From NCBI GenBank assembly GCA_963693365.1, contig CAVNZM010000005.1, positions 5,835,167 to 5,899,166 of the forward strand: DNA of 64,000 nt, written 5' to 3'. The position numbers and the translations under genes were made by a program. Below the pieces are notes generated by a model that had not been told where the DNA came from, searched no databases, and worked only from the letters and a program-made list of their open reading frames with translations. The stretch is from Amoebidium appalachense. Lineage: Eukaryota > Protista > Ichthyosporea. This document shows positions 1 through 11,841 of this stretch, piece by piece (the first letter of the stretch is position 1; each line of letters opens with the position of its first letter).

Positions 1-56
<56 letters not shown>

Positions 57-167
57 CGTGGGTGGGTGCGTGCCCGTTTGTGTGTGTGTGTGTGTGCGTG
101 CGCGCACGTCCGTTTATGTGTGTGTGTGTCTGTGTGTGTGTGTGTGTGTGTCCGTGTGTGTGTGTGC

Positions 168-218
<51 letters not shown>

Positions 219-458
219 CGCGCGTGCGAGTAAACGTGCGGCCCGTGAGGCGTGTGTGCGTGTGTGTGTGTGTGTGTGGGGGGGGGGGTGCATGTGTGCA
301 TACGTGCGTGCATGCTGTGTGGGTGTTTGTGTATGAAGATGACAGGGAAAATAAATGGACAAGAACGTCACGTAAGGGTGCTTGTGTGGGGTGAGTGTGT
401 GAGTGGGGGGAGGGGGGAGGGGGGAGGGGGGAGGGGGGACGGGGAAGGAGGAGGTTAC

Positions 459-701
459 CTTGTAGTAAGCTGTTTTAATTTCGCTCTGTGTTGCCGTGCG
501 TTTTAGTCCCAATATCTTGTAATGGTCATGTGCTTTTCGTCTTATAACTGCAGAAAAAGCAAAACTTAGTGCATATCCCTTTATGCTTGTATTTGTAATC
601 ACTTCTGCGGCAAGTCGTAATCCATCTCGTCGTTTTCACACAATAGAACATGAGTAAACATGCACGCACATACACGAAAACATCAAATGTCACACGCCTT
701 C

Positions 702-732
<31 letters not shown>

Positions 733-784
733 GCATATAGCGAATGTGCACAGACACACACAAAGAGAGAGGGGGGGGGGGGGG

Positions 785-867
<83 letters not shown>

Positions 868-1579
868 AGAGAGAGAGAGGGGGGGGGGGGGGGGGGGAGA
901 GAGAGAGAGAGAGAGAGAGAGAGCACGTGGTATAGAAATAATCCCCCCCCTCCCCTCTCTGCTTTCCCCCTTGCCCCGCAGACTAATAGTTAAAACACTT
1001 GAAGACAAAAATGATAAATGGGTGACACTAACACGAGGCTTACCTGAAGCGTGCATATACCGAACTCCCGAAGGAACGAACAATATGTTGCTGATAACTG
1101 GTCTAGGGGCATCTGCATACAGATGGATTAGTGTGTGCCATAATGGAATGTTCTTGGCTATGGATCACACGTCACGAAAACAACGACAATCAGGATTATG
1201 TTCAAGGCCGCCAAGTTAAGGTTTCAAGCTTTCTCAAAACCAACAAAACTGCATTGATGGTGACTGCATAACCACCAAGACAACGAAGTGGAGCAACACA
1301 AGGGCACCAGCTACCCCATCCTTTATGCACAACGATCTTGCACGCTATATAATGACAAAGTATTTATGCCATCACACAGCACTCACCTCTTACGTGGCAC
1401 TGATCAAACACATTCATCCGCCATGCTGGTGGCGTGAAAGAACTTTGATGTCGTTTCGTTCCTTTCGTCAGAACATGAACATGTAAAGTGGGATGGGAAA
1501 GGCCGTGCACTCTACACTTTGCTCGAGCCAATGACCCAACCACCCGATGACCTGTCAATAACATAGCCAAGGTTGCCAT
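459..1579 (-). CDS. DnaJ/Hsp40 J-domain protein, probably mitochondrial; partial, continues off the left edge
   Basis: Exon 1387-1579 (MATLAMLLTGHRVVGSLARAK..., basic presequence-like) ends G|GTGAGT. Exon 459-547 starts after ctgcAG in phase 1 and encodes VIRRKAHDHYKILGLKRTATQSEIKTAYYK, a J-domain start, then donor GTAACC. Confidence 0.85.
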
Positions 1580-2725
1580 CTAAAGCGACATTACAAAGTT
1601 ATATGGTTACAAGAACTCTGAGTAGGTCGATGTACTCGCCGCGGACACTATGTATGCACAAAAGACTGAAAACGCACTGATCATGACCTGAGCGCTATGA
1701 GCGCTAGCCTACACTGACACAGAAACCCGCATGCACTAATTACGGTCTAATTACGCAAAGTGGCAGTTGCGTAATTCTAGTTAGCGATAGTGCACGTTTG
1801 CCTTTTATGGTCATCACCCCAGAAACAATTGGCTGACATTCATGATTAGGGCTGTGTACAAGAAAAATGCTCCAGTTTTCTTTTAACAGTTGAAAGACTG
1901 CTAATAATACATTTAATTTTGTTATTTATACTTCTTATATGGCAATAAGCTGTTGCATACCATTTTTTGTGTAGATCCTTTAAAGTTTCAAGAACAAAGT
2001 GTCACATTCCGTGTGGTGCCGCCTTGGCCAATCATTGCACGCCGTAGATTTCGCTAGAAGAAATTTGGTGTTGTGTTTCTTTGTCCAATCATGCACGGAA
2101 AGATCGGATCTATTTCACCAGGGTCTTCTAGAAAGCAAGATCTATCACAAGCTAACGCCTTGTAAAGACATTCAGTTTAAATTATTGAAATCTAATATAT
2201 AAAAATTTATAAGTATCGAAAAGGCAACAACCGATTTACTAATTGTTTTGCAATAACCCCGAGTTTTTGGTATTGTAGTTGATACAATAGGTATGATAGA
2301 TCTGTCTACTTCTCAAAGCCGCCAACATTAGGGTGTGATAGTAAACCAATGAAAGCCTCATAGCTCGTATTTCGAATTTCGGAATTTTTCGTTTTCTTCT
2401 CATTTTCAACGCAACGAGCATTTGGAAGGCCACACCAGTCGTGAAACGAAACATCCACCTACTGGCGTCCCTTGGCCACCCATCTCGTCCCTTAGCGTGA
2501 TTTCAAGGTGGGTAACCCACGAATCTCGCATTTCAGATTTATTGAATAAACCTTCCCAACGAAGTAAGTTGGCTTGGAGCGGCTGCGTTTGTGACTTGTG
2601 AGTTTAGCACCTCGAGGGCTGACAGATGGAAATCTGCGTGTTGGTGTATGTGTAAGCTTCTGGTTGGAAATAGACCCAGAGCTTGTGTTAATTTCTTTTT
2701 CCTTGCTTCTGCAGGAATCATAAAG
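1580..2725. promoter_or_regulatory. Divergent promoter/5' UTR region, with a probable 5' UTR intron at 2564-2714
   Basis: Lies between head-to-head genes and is free of microsatellites. GTAAGT at 2564 and ctgcAG at 2714, just before the ATG at 2726. Confidence 0.5.
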
Positions 2726-3199
2726 ATGCTCCCAACTCTCACCGGAAGTGTGGCCCGCACTGCCTCGGGCGTCCGCGTAGCAGGTAGGAGCATGTGTGCT
2801 GTCGTGTCTGCTGCCCGTGTTTGATGTGGATGTTGGTCCATGCTTTCTCTTCACGACGTGTGAAGTTCTAGTCCCCCGTTTCTTTTGCACCGTTGTAAGG
2901 TCCTGTTCTTCTCTTAGAAGTTCACTTCCACACAGAGTTTTACTCCAAGTGCACATACTTCCTATTGGTTTCTTTTTTGCTCCTCGTTTCTCTGATTTCT
3001 TCTTTTCCCTTCTGTTCCTGTTTTTTTTTCCACATACTTCCTATTGGTTTCTTTTTTGCTCCTCGTTTCTCTGATTTCTTCTTTTCCCTTCTGTTCCTGT
3101 TTTTTTTTCGTTTTTTTTTGTTTTTTGTTTTTGTTTTTTCTTTCTTTCTTTCTTTCTTTCTTTCTTTTTTTTTTTTTTTGGGGGGGGGGGGGGGGAGGG

Positions 3200-3236
<37 letters not shown>

Positions 3237-3766
3237 GGGGGGAGGGGGAGGGGCGTGTGTGTGTGTGTGTGTCTGGGTGGTGGTGGGAGAAGGGGGGGAG
3301 GGGGGAGGGGAAGGAGGGAACGGAGAGAAGGGGAGGATGGGGGGGTGAGTGCGGGGGGGCTGGGTGTGGGTGTGGGTGTGTGTGAGAGGGGGGGAAGGGG
3401 GGAGGGGGGGGGGGGAGGGGGAGGGGGCGAGGGGAGGGGGAAAGATCTTGGGCTCACGTCGCTTTACATGATGAGTGTGTGCTTACCTCTAGAGAGATAT
3501 GCTGACGCTGCAATCATGACATGGAGTTGTGTGGTGGTGTAGGTTATTGCAAATCGGCGCCGAAGAAAGGAGAGCGTTTATGGATAGTAGGAGAGAGCGT
3601 GAGATGAGCAAGCGGGAGAGTACAAAGGAACGGGCAACGGCTTAGCTAGCGCCGGCCGGGGGGGATGGGGGGGGGGTATATGGGACGTTAGGCTAAATAT
3701 GGGACTTTCGGAGGTGGATCGGGGTGCAGTGTGCAGAAAGAGGCTTGTCGTGAAGCTGGGGGGAGG

Positions 3767-3803
<37 letters not shown>

Positions 3804-3868
3804 GATAGAGAGAGAACGAGAGAGAGAGAGAGAGAGAGAAAGAAGGGGGGGGGGGGGGGGGGAGATAG

Positions 3869-3954
<86 letters not shown>

Positions 3955-4211
3955 GTGGATGAGAAGAACAGTGTCTGTGAGTCAAAAGTTTTTCATGTTT
4001 ATCGTCATTCCTGTTGCTATGTTACCCCTCACCACCTCCTCCCCCACTCCCGGAGGATGGGTTCTGTTGAAGTCGCATACTGTGTGTTGCTCACGTTGCC
4101 TTTTGAATGTTTGCTTGCACATGTGATCTGCGCCGTGTTTCTCATGTAGTTGTACTTTCGTACCTTGTTCCCCATTCTCAACCCCCCCCCCCCCCCCCCC
4201 CTCCTCCCCCC

Positions 4212-4243
<32 letters not shown>

Positions 4244-4550
4244 TGCGCACTCCCTCCCATTTATAACACTTGTGTGTGTGTCCCGCAGGGTCGCTGTTTG
4301 CCCGGTGGCTTGCCACGCAGGTGAAGGGATACGACGGGCTGTACCTGCACAAGGCCACGGACGGCAAGGGCGACTATGTGCTGTCCTTCCAGAGCGACCC
4401 AAATAAGGCAAAGGGTGGGTGTACACCTTCCTTTAACTTCTTCTTCTTCTTCTTCTTCTTTTTTGGCAGGCGGACGAGGGGGGGGGGGGGGGGGGGGGGG
4501 GATCTGTTTGCGCTTGGTGATCGCCTATTTGCTGCCTATATTGCCCCGCC

Positions 4551-4589
<39 letters not shown>

Positions 4590-4897
4590 TCTTTGTCATG
4601 GTTGGCTGCTTATATGCATGCAGTTGTGATTTCCATATTCGGATTATGGTCGTCAAGTAGTGTGCGTTTCCTTTTTTTGCCCTTGCCTCCTGATATTTCT
4701 GTTTTGCATGTCAAGTCGGCAAAAGGGACATCTTTTTTTTTTTTTTTTTTTTTTTTTTTGGGGGGGGGGGGGGATGAATTGTTTGGGTTTTGCCTTTTGT
4801 GCATGATCATGAGCACACAGGGACAACTTATGCGGCTCTGTCGGTATTCAGTGGTATTTTTGGTTTTTGTGCGTGTGTGTGTGGTGGTGGTGATGGG

Positions 4898-4936
<39 letters not shown>

Positions 4937-5936
4937 AGGGGGAAGGCATGCTCAAAGAAGCTTTGTTGATTTGGTGGCGTGAAGCTGGATCGACTTTTGA
5001 TTTACCTCTGGATCAGAGTATATGGTGTGACTCCCCCTTGATTGTGGTAATCGCGCAACCCCCATATTAAGAACTTCTAGAGAAGTGCCAACACAAACGC
5101 TAAAACTAACCTTCTTTTTTTTAGGCAAAGCTGTGATTGGGTGGCTCCTTAACGGTGGCTCGCTGAAACCCAGCAACTTTGAAGAGAACAAGGAATTCCG
5201 CACCCTTCTCAACGACACAGTGGCTGCCACGTTCACACAGGACGACGAGCTGGCCCACCAGGCAATAGGCCACAAGGAGGGCTGGATGCACATCCAGGAC
5301 TATAGGAACCCTGCTTTCCAGAACAGGTGGGGTGTTTTTGTTTTTTTTGGTTTTTTTTTTTGCCCCCGGGGGGGGGGGAGGGGGGGGAGGGGGGAGGGGG
5401 GAGGGAGAGAGAGCAAGAGGGGGAAAGGGATTGGGGAGGAGGTGGTGGGAGAGAGAAAGGGGTATCAGGAAATAGGCTAAGGAGAAATGGATGCACATCC
5501 AGGACTATAGGAACCCTGCTTTCCAGAATAGGTAGGGTTTTGGGGGGGGATGGCTGTGGTAGGAGAGGGGGGGAGGGGGGTGTTGCTGGGAAAGAGGGGA
5601 GAAAGGGCTCTTTGGGGGGGGGGGGGGGGGGGGAGCGAGGGAGGATACAGTAGCTTTGGGGACGGGGTTTGACAATAGACATGGGTGTTTCTGGGTTTTT
5701 GAAGGAGGAGGTGGGGGGGGGAGTGAGGGAGAGAGAGAGCTCTAGAGGGAGGGAGGGAGGAGAGGGGAATGAGAAGTTTGGGTGTGTTTGTGGTGGGGAG
5801 AAGGGGAGGTAGGGTAATGGGGGCATATGTGGTTTTTTTTTTTTTTGTGGTTTTTTTTGTGGTTTTTTTTTGGGGGGGGGGGGGGGGGGGGGGGGGGGAG
5901 TTGATGCACGGCGTCGTGTATATGTGTTAGTCCTCT

Positions 5937-5986
<50 letters not shown>

Positions 5987-6420
5987 ATGCAGGCGCGCAT
6001 ATGTAATCCGCCAGCCGTGCACACACACCGCACAGACGTGTGTGCACACAAGCACCCACAGACCCATAGACAAGACACAAATGCACTTAGACCATGCATT
6101 GGTATACATAGGTGCACACACGCGCTTGGTGCGAGAACACACAGACACAGGCACACCAAACACACCATCCACACCTTCACAGACAGACACACACACACAA
6201 CACAGGATGAGCTCTCACTTACCACATGCCCACACGCACACACTTACACTTACATGCCCCCCCTCTCCCTCTCCCCGTCTACCCCCCCCCACCCCCCCCC
6301 CCCCCTTCCCACACACCAACACGCACGCTTGCACACGTTTCCAGACACCTTTATTGACACACATGAACACGCACATGTAAACATATACAAACATTCACAC
6401 ATACACACACACACACACAC

Positions 6421-6486
<66 letters not shown>

Positions 6487-6653
6487 TCCCCGAGACAGAA
6501 GACATCATCGGCAGTGTGCTTGTCAAGGACGGTGAGCTCGTGCCGGGCACGTTCCAGCCCATGCCGGTGCACCGCTTGCTGAGCATGAACGGCATGTTCC
6601 GCCTCAATACCCCGCTGCATGAGAAGCTGGTGGCTGTGGTCAAGAACCTCTGA
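2726..6653 (+). CDS. Conserved uncharacterised protein with predicted mitochondrial presequence; 4 coding exons
   Basis: Exons 2726-2783, 4289-4414, 5125-5326 and 6485-6653 join in phase with GT-AG ends: [28 protein letters not shown]...[52 protein letters not shown]...KNL*. Branch ACTAAC at 5105. It resembles, from memory, a fungal hypothetical family. Confidence 0.85.
2952..3109. repeat. Tandem duplication, 2 x ~79 bp
   Basis: cacatacttcctattgg... occurs at 2952 and 3031. Confidence 0.9.
4047..4181 (+). mobile_element. 5'-truncated, diverged copy of family 1 (structured retro-like element)
   Basis: ccggaggatgggttctg...gcatactgtg...tgaatgtttgc...gtaccttgttccccattctcaa followed by poly-C aligns with the reverse complement of 35865-36000. 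Confidence 0.75.
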
Positions 6654-6682
6654 AGGTGTGTGGGAGGGGCGGGGGGGGGGGG

Positions 6683-6762
<80 letters not shown>

Positions 6763-8623
6763 ACTGAATAGTTGGCAATGTGTGCCTCTGAAGTTGTGTG
6801 TGTGTGTACCCCCGTGCGTGAGAAACTTGTGGCTGTGGTCAAGAACCTCTGAAGGTGGGTGGGTGGGAGGGAGGGGGATGGGGGAGAGAGAGGGAGGGAG
6901 GGGGGATGGGTGGGGGGATGGATGTGGGTGGGGTGGGGGGCGATGGGGAGGGCGGGGGGATGGGGGGTTGAAGTGGGTGGGAGGGGGGGGGGGGGGGGGT
7001 TGTATGTGTGTGTGTGTGATAACTGGCAATGTTGATTAGTGTTGATTGGGGTATTAAAGCCCTGTGTCGGTTGTTCGTGGTTCAACGGCATACATATTGA
7101 CGTCAAGATGACGTCATTTTGACGAAGGTGTAGACGTCAAATTGGTGGCTGGCACCCAGCTACAGCCGTTCGATTCGAGAACCCTGATTGGTATTTTCCA
7201 AATATGGGGTTCTCTTTTTTTGGGCAATGCCATGTTAGGCCAATATCGCAGATGTCATCGAGAAGCGGCGACATAGGCGTTAACCCCGAGCCGTTCGCCC
7301 GGAAGCCAAAATCGACAAGATTTGAAAAATAGGAAAAAATCATTAAAAGCGGCCCAAGTGGACGAAAATGCAACAAGCACATGTATATATGTCTGTATTT
7401 GTGTGCCATATAAAAAACGGTGTGTTCCTATGCATCCGCACCTGCTATGAACACGTGATTTTTGTCGATTTTGTCGACCGCAGCGGGTTTTCTTTCGCGG
7501 AAGTTGCCTAATATGAATCCCCGTAAAGATCTCCGCAGACGGAATGAAGCACTTATCAGCCGATCGATTGCAGGGTTGGAATCCATGAATCCCGGGCATC
7601 CTCTTGCCGTCGCCCTTCGAAATTAGGGGGGTTGCTCAATGAAAATATAGACACAGTTAGCCTAAACACCCACGCAAAACAGAAAAAGATAGTCAGCCCC
7701 GGTGTTTTTGGTGTCTTTCGCAAGTAGAAAACAAAAACTAAATTAGACAAAAATTCCTGGCGCCAACACTATTACGCAACAGGCGCTATTTAAGGAAAGG
7801 TCGCTGGTGCATTTATTTTTGAAACTGGTGCAAAAATGCATCGGCGAACGGCTAGGGGTTGAGGCATCATCTGTGTATGGGAACCTATGCCAGTGTGTGA
7901 CGACTGGTGATGTTTGATTGGTTATGGCATTGTGCCTGTGTCCTTGAACAATTCTCATTGATGACTTCCCCCGAAACCTCGTGTGTAATATACATGCTCA
8001 CGAAATATCGCGCAAGTCAAGCGTTCATTATGTTTCATTTTCTGACTTGTGATTCCTTTTCTTTTCTTTTTTTCCCCTTTTCTTTTTGTTTTTTTTTTCT
8101 CAATGCAGGGGGCTGCAGTGGTGAAAGATTGCACATGCTCCATCATCACCGTGGGTGTTGATTCATAAGGTATCTCGTCTGTGAGGGCATGGGTGTTTCG
8201 ATGTACAAAAGTGAACTTATGACGTTCTCTTTTGGATGTCACTGTTCTTCAGAGAGAACAACTATTGTGTTTGTGTTGGGTTATTCGGACATCGCGAAAT
8301 CATGTAAATTTAACAAGCATTTATCAATAACCCTGTGAAGGTCTGTTTCTCGTTTACAATTGTGGTTTTCCTTTCCATTTGTATGGTTCATGCATTAACG
8401 GTCAGGCTCTTACTTTGCCTTTAACGTTTTTATTTTTGCTGTGAATGTGTAACCACTAGCACGATTTATACTTACCTGTGTATTTGCACTTATTTACGCC
8501 TACCGTCATCGAGTGTATTTATGCAAATATGCAGACACTGCTACTATTATGTAACAATACGGGCAGGTAAAAAATAAAAACAAAATCTCTTAGGGCTCCA
8601 AGCCACCCAGTGCTTTGATATCA

Positions 8624-8661
<38 letters not shown>

Positions 8662-9022
8662 CACACACACACACACACACACACACTAACATGCATGCAC
8701 ACACCCCGCTCACCCACTCTCTCACTCGAGCTCCCTCGCGCATCCGCGTGGGCGCCCGCATGCACATGCACATGCAGATACACACACACACACACACACA
8801 CTCGCGCGCGCGCGCGCGCGCACACGCACACGTGCACAAGAGAGAGGGAGAGGGGGGGAGGGCCGGGGGGGGGGGGGGGGGGGGGGGGAGGCAGGCACAC
8901 ACACAAGCACCCCGCCACCTCCAGGTGCTTGACACGTACGCATACATATGTTGTGCATTCATACACACAATGGTGCCAATGGAACACACACAGGTTCTTG
9001 TGCCACACAGTACCCACAGCAG

Positions 9023-9057
<35 letters not shown>

Positions 9058-10211
9058 CACACACACACACACACACATAAAACACACATACACGCACACG
9101 TGCGCGCGCGCCCACACACACGCACACAAACACACCTGGTCATATCGATCCCAGCTATATGTCAGAGTATGACATATGGGCTGTGTCAGTGAGTGAAAGC
9201 TGTATAAAACGAAAATGAAAGTTTTATACATGCGCAGGTGTACGTACGTGGAACACTCTCACCCAGCACATGTACACCCATCACATGTCACAATCTTTGG
9301 TATTAGTATTTGGACTTTTTGACCGATACAGGAGCCATCCACCCACTCCTCGCCCGAAAGGTATATGCACCATCATGATTCCATGCATGATTTCCATACT
9401 CGGTGGTCTGTCTAATATAGCCATATCTAGATCCCTAAGCCCCCCGTCCCCCGTCCCCCCCTCCCCCCGCACCCCCCCCCCCCCCCCCCCGGGTCCCCCC
9501 TCCCCTCCCCACGTGAATGCTATTGCCAAATCTGTTTAGGAATATCTAGATCCCAACCTCACCACATAGCTAAATCGAACTGCAGCTGATCGCGGCCCCC
9601 GTAAGTGGCGCTAATGCGCACACCATGAATAACCTAAAGTATGTACAAAATCGTTTTTTCATAGATTATGTCACCGTCGTTATTGAATGGACACGTTCTG
9701 CATGGTTACAAATATGGTAGTATTACCGCTGCAGTCGAAGAGGATCCACAGCTACTTAAATTTACAGTAAGCGACACCGAATCTATAGGTCGTCTGCTAT
9801 TTTTTTTTCCAAATTTCTTTGAGCCCATTCCTTTACATTTCTACCCGCCGTTCAATATAGCGGCTATACATTACATTACACACTGACATGCCTACGTTTT
9901 TAGTCAGCACTAATTTTTCGTGCCAAAACACAAAAAAAAGTGGGAATATAAACCCCGTACCGTGACATCTGCCATTTTGGCCTGAAAAACCACCGCCACT
10001 ACAAGAAACACACATCCACGATATCGGGGATAATTTACATACCGAAACCCCTACATTTACAACTTTGCACATGTTATTAAACTATCATTACCACAAATAT
10101 CTACAATCCAGAGATCTAGGAAGATCTTTGCAACGGCACAGGCTATAGCTAAGTTTATGCAGTACCGCCTTTCGCCGCCAGAATCCCCCATACATGACTA
10201 TATAAGGCTAT

Positions 10212-11126
10212 TCATGGAGCACCCTGGTTGGTTGGTGGGTACGGAGGTGTGCCGTGATAGGGGCTCTTGGGTGTCGGTTGCGGCAGTGCAGTGGAAAAAA
10301 GCAACTCCGTGATATGAGACTCCGAAACACCAATTGTCGAATCTCTTCTCTGATAAACGCCCAATCCCTGAACGGATGTCTCAGATCCTCGCATGCCATT
10401 AGTTGGATATCCGGACCTCAGGTTGCCGTAGGGGTTTGTCGGCACAAATACCCTGCCGACGTTTGTAGATCCTGTCCAGATTAGATGATTTAAATTTCCA
10501 CCACCCACAATTTGCGATTCGTGGGGCCCCCGATCCCAACCAGTTAGAGTTGTGAAATTTCGTCCGGGAACGTTGAAATGCGGGATTTCTCTCAAGTGAT
10601 TGCCTGGGATTGAGACCCCCCAACCGTTGCTGTTTTTGTCTGGGTGGTACAAGGGGCCGTCCAGGGAAATTTGGGTTTGACTGGTTCGATTGGTTGACCA
10701 ATCCCCGGCCTCATAAACCCCAGCGTCCGAGCGTTTGCTGTTTGGTTGGCTCAACATATCACCCCCTAGACTACCGTGGGTGCTTATGGTGCCCGTGGAA
10801 TATTGATTGTTGAGGCCTTGGTACCAGCCATTCTCCTGCCGCTGAACCAAACTTCCGAATCCTCCAAGACCCTCTTCACTCCTCGCCGTGGTGCCAAACC
10901 CGGGCACGGAATTCGATCTCCCGATCCGTGCGATTTCACCGAAAATTCCGTCGATATCCTGTTCACGGAGCAGATTTGTATTGGACCCCCCTTCCGAGTA
11001 GAAATCTGTTGACAATTTTTCATCTCCGGCCGCTGATTCCTCGTTGAAATTTTCATATTCTTCATCTTCGTACATGGTCAGGTCCGAAATTCGGCGGGGG
11101 GGCTGTTCATCGCTTCTGTCTGGCAT
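10212..11126 (-). CDS. 304-aa ORF, S/G/N/P-rich and probably disordered; function unknown
   Basis: Long non-repetitive ORF with an acceptor-like cctacAG just upstream of the ATG. No recognisable domain. Confidence 0.45.
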   Translation of the reverse strand: MPDRSDEQPPRRISDLTMYEDEEYENFNEESAAGDEKLSTDFYSEGGSNTNLLREQDIDGIFGEIARIGRSNSVPGFGTTARSEEGLGGFGSLVQRQENGWYQGLNNQYSTGTISTHGSLGGDMLSQPNSKRSDAGVYEAGDWSTNRTSQTQISLDGPLYHPDKNSNGWGVSIPGNHLREIPHFNVPGRNFTTLTGWDRGPHESQIVGGGNLNHLIWTGSTNVGRVFVPTNPYGNLRSGYPTNGMRGSETSVQGLGVYQRRDSTIGVSESHITELLFSTALPQPTPKSPYHGTPPYPPTNQGAP

Positions 11127-11492
11127 CGATTTGCTGTAGGCAGAATGTGATTAGAATATACTATGGCATGAATTAGATGCCGCCGGCGCGTGTAATGTAC
11201 TGTATTTCTCTTATCTATTGATATGATGTGAACCACACATTTTAAGAGGATTGCATTCTACTTAAAGACCCCCCCCCTCCTTTACAACCTCCCCCCTCCC
11301 CCTGCCCCTAGCCCTCCCCCCTCCCCCATCCCCCCCCTCCCCACCCCGGGCGCGATGCACCTTATCAGCGAGAAGGCACTAACACACACGGCCGTAGCAG
11401 TACATGAATGAAGGCATGCAGACACGCACACACAATAACATGCACGAACAACAGAATACATGAATAGAACACAGAAGCATTCACTCGCGCTC

Positions 11493-11572
<80 letters not shown>

Positions 11573-11606
11573 GCGCGCGCACGCGCGCACGCGCGCACGC
11601 GCGCAC

Positions 11607-11639
<33 letters not shown>

Positions 11640-11841
11640 GTCACGCACACACACACAAAAAAAAAAAAAACACAGACATTCAAACCTGGCATGCATAATA
11701 ACGTGCACGACACACGAAACAGGGTCCAATGGTAAAATGATGCCTTCGCTTATCTCTAGAGTTTAACGGGATGTGGGGTGAGAGGATGAACTCAGGAGTG
11801 GGCGTGAGTGAGGAGACGTAAAACATTTTTTTCCGTTTGAA

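Noticed and set aside
7144-7190. tRNA B-box GTTCGATTC
   Set aside because: No cloverleaf or properly spaced A-box.
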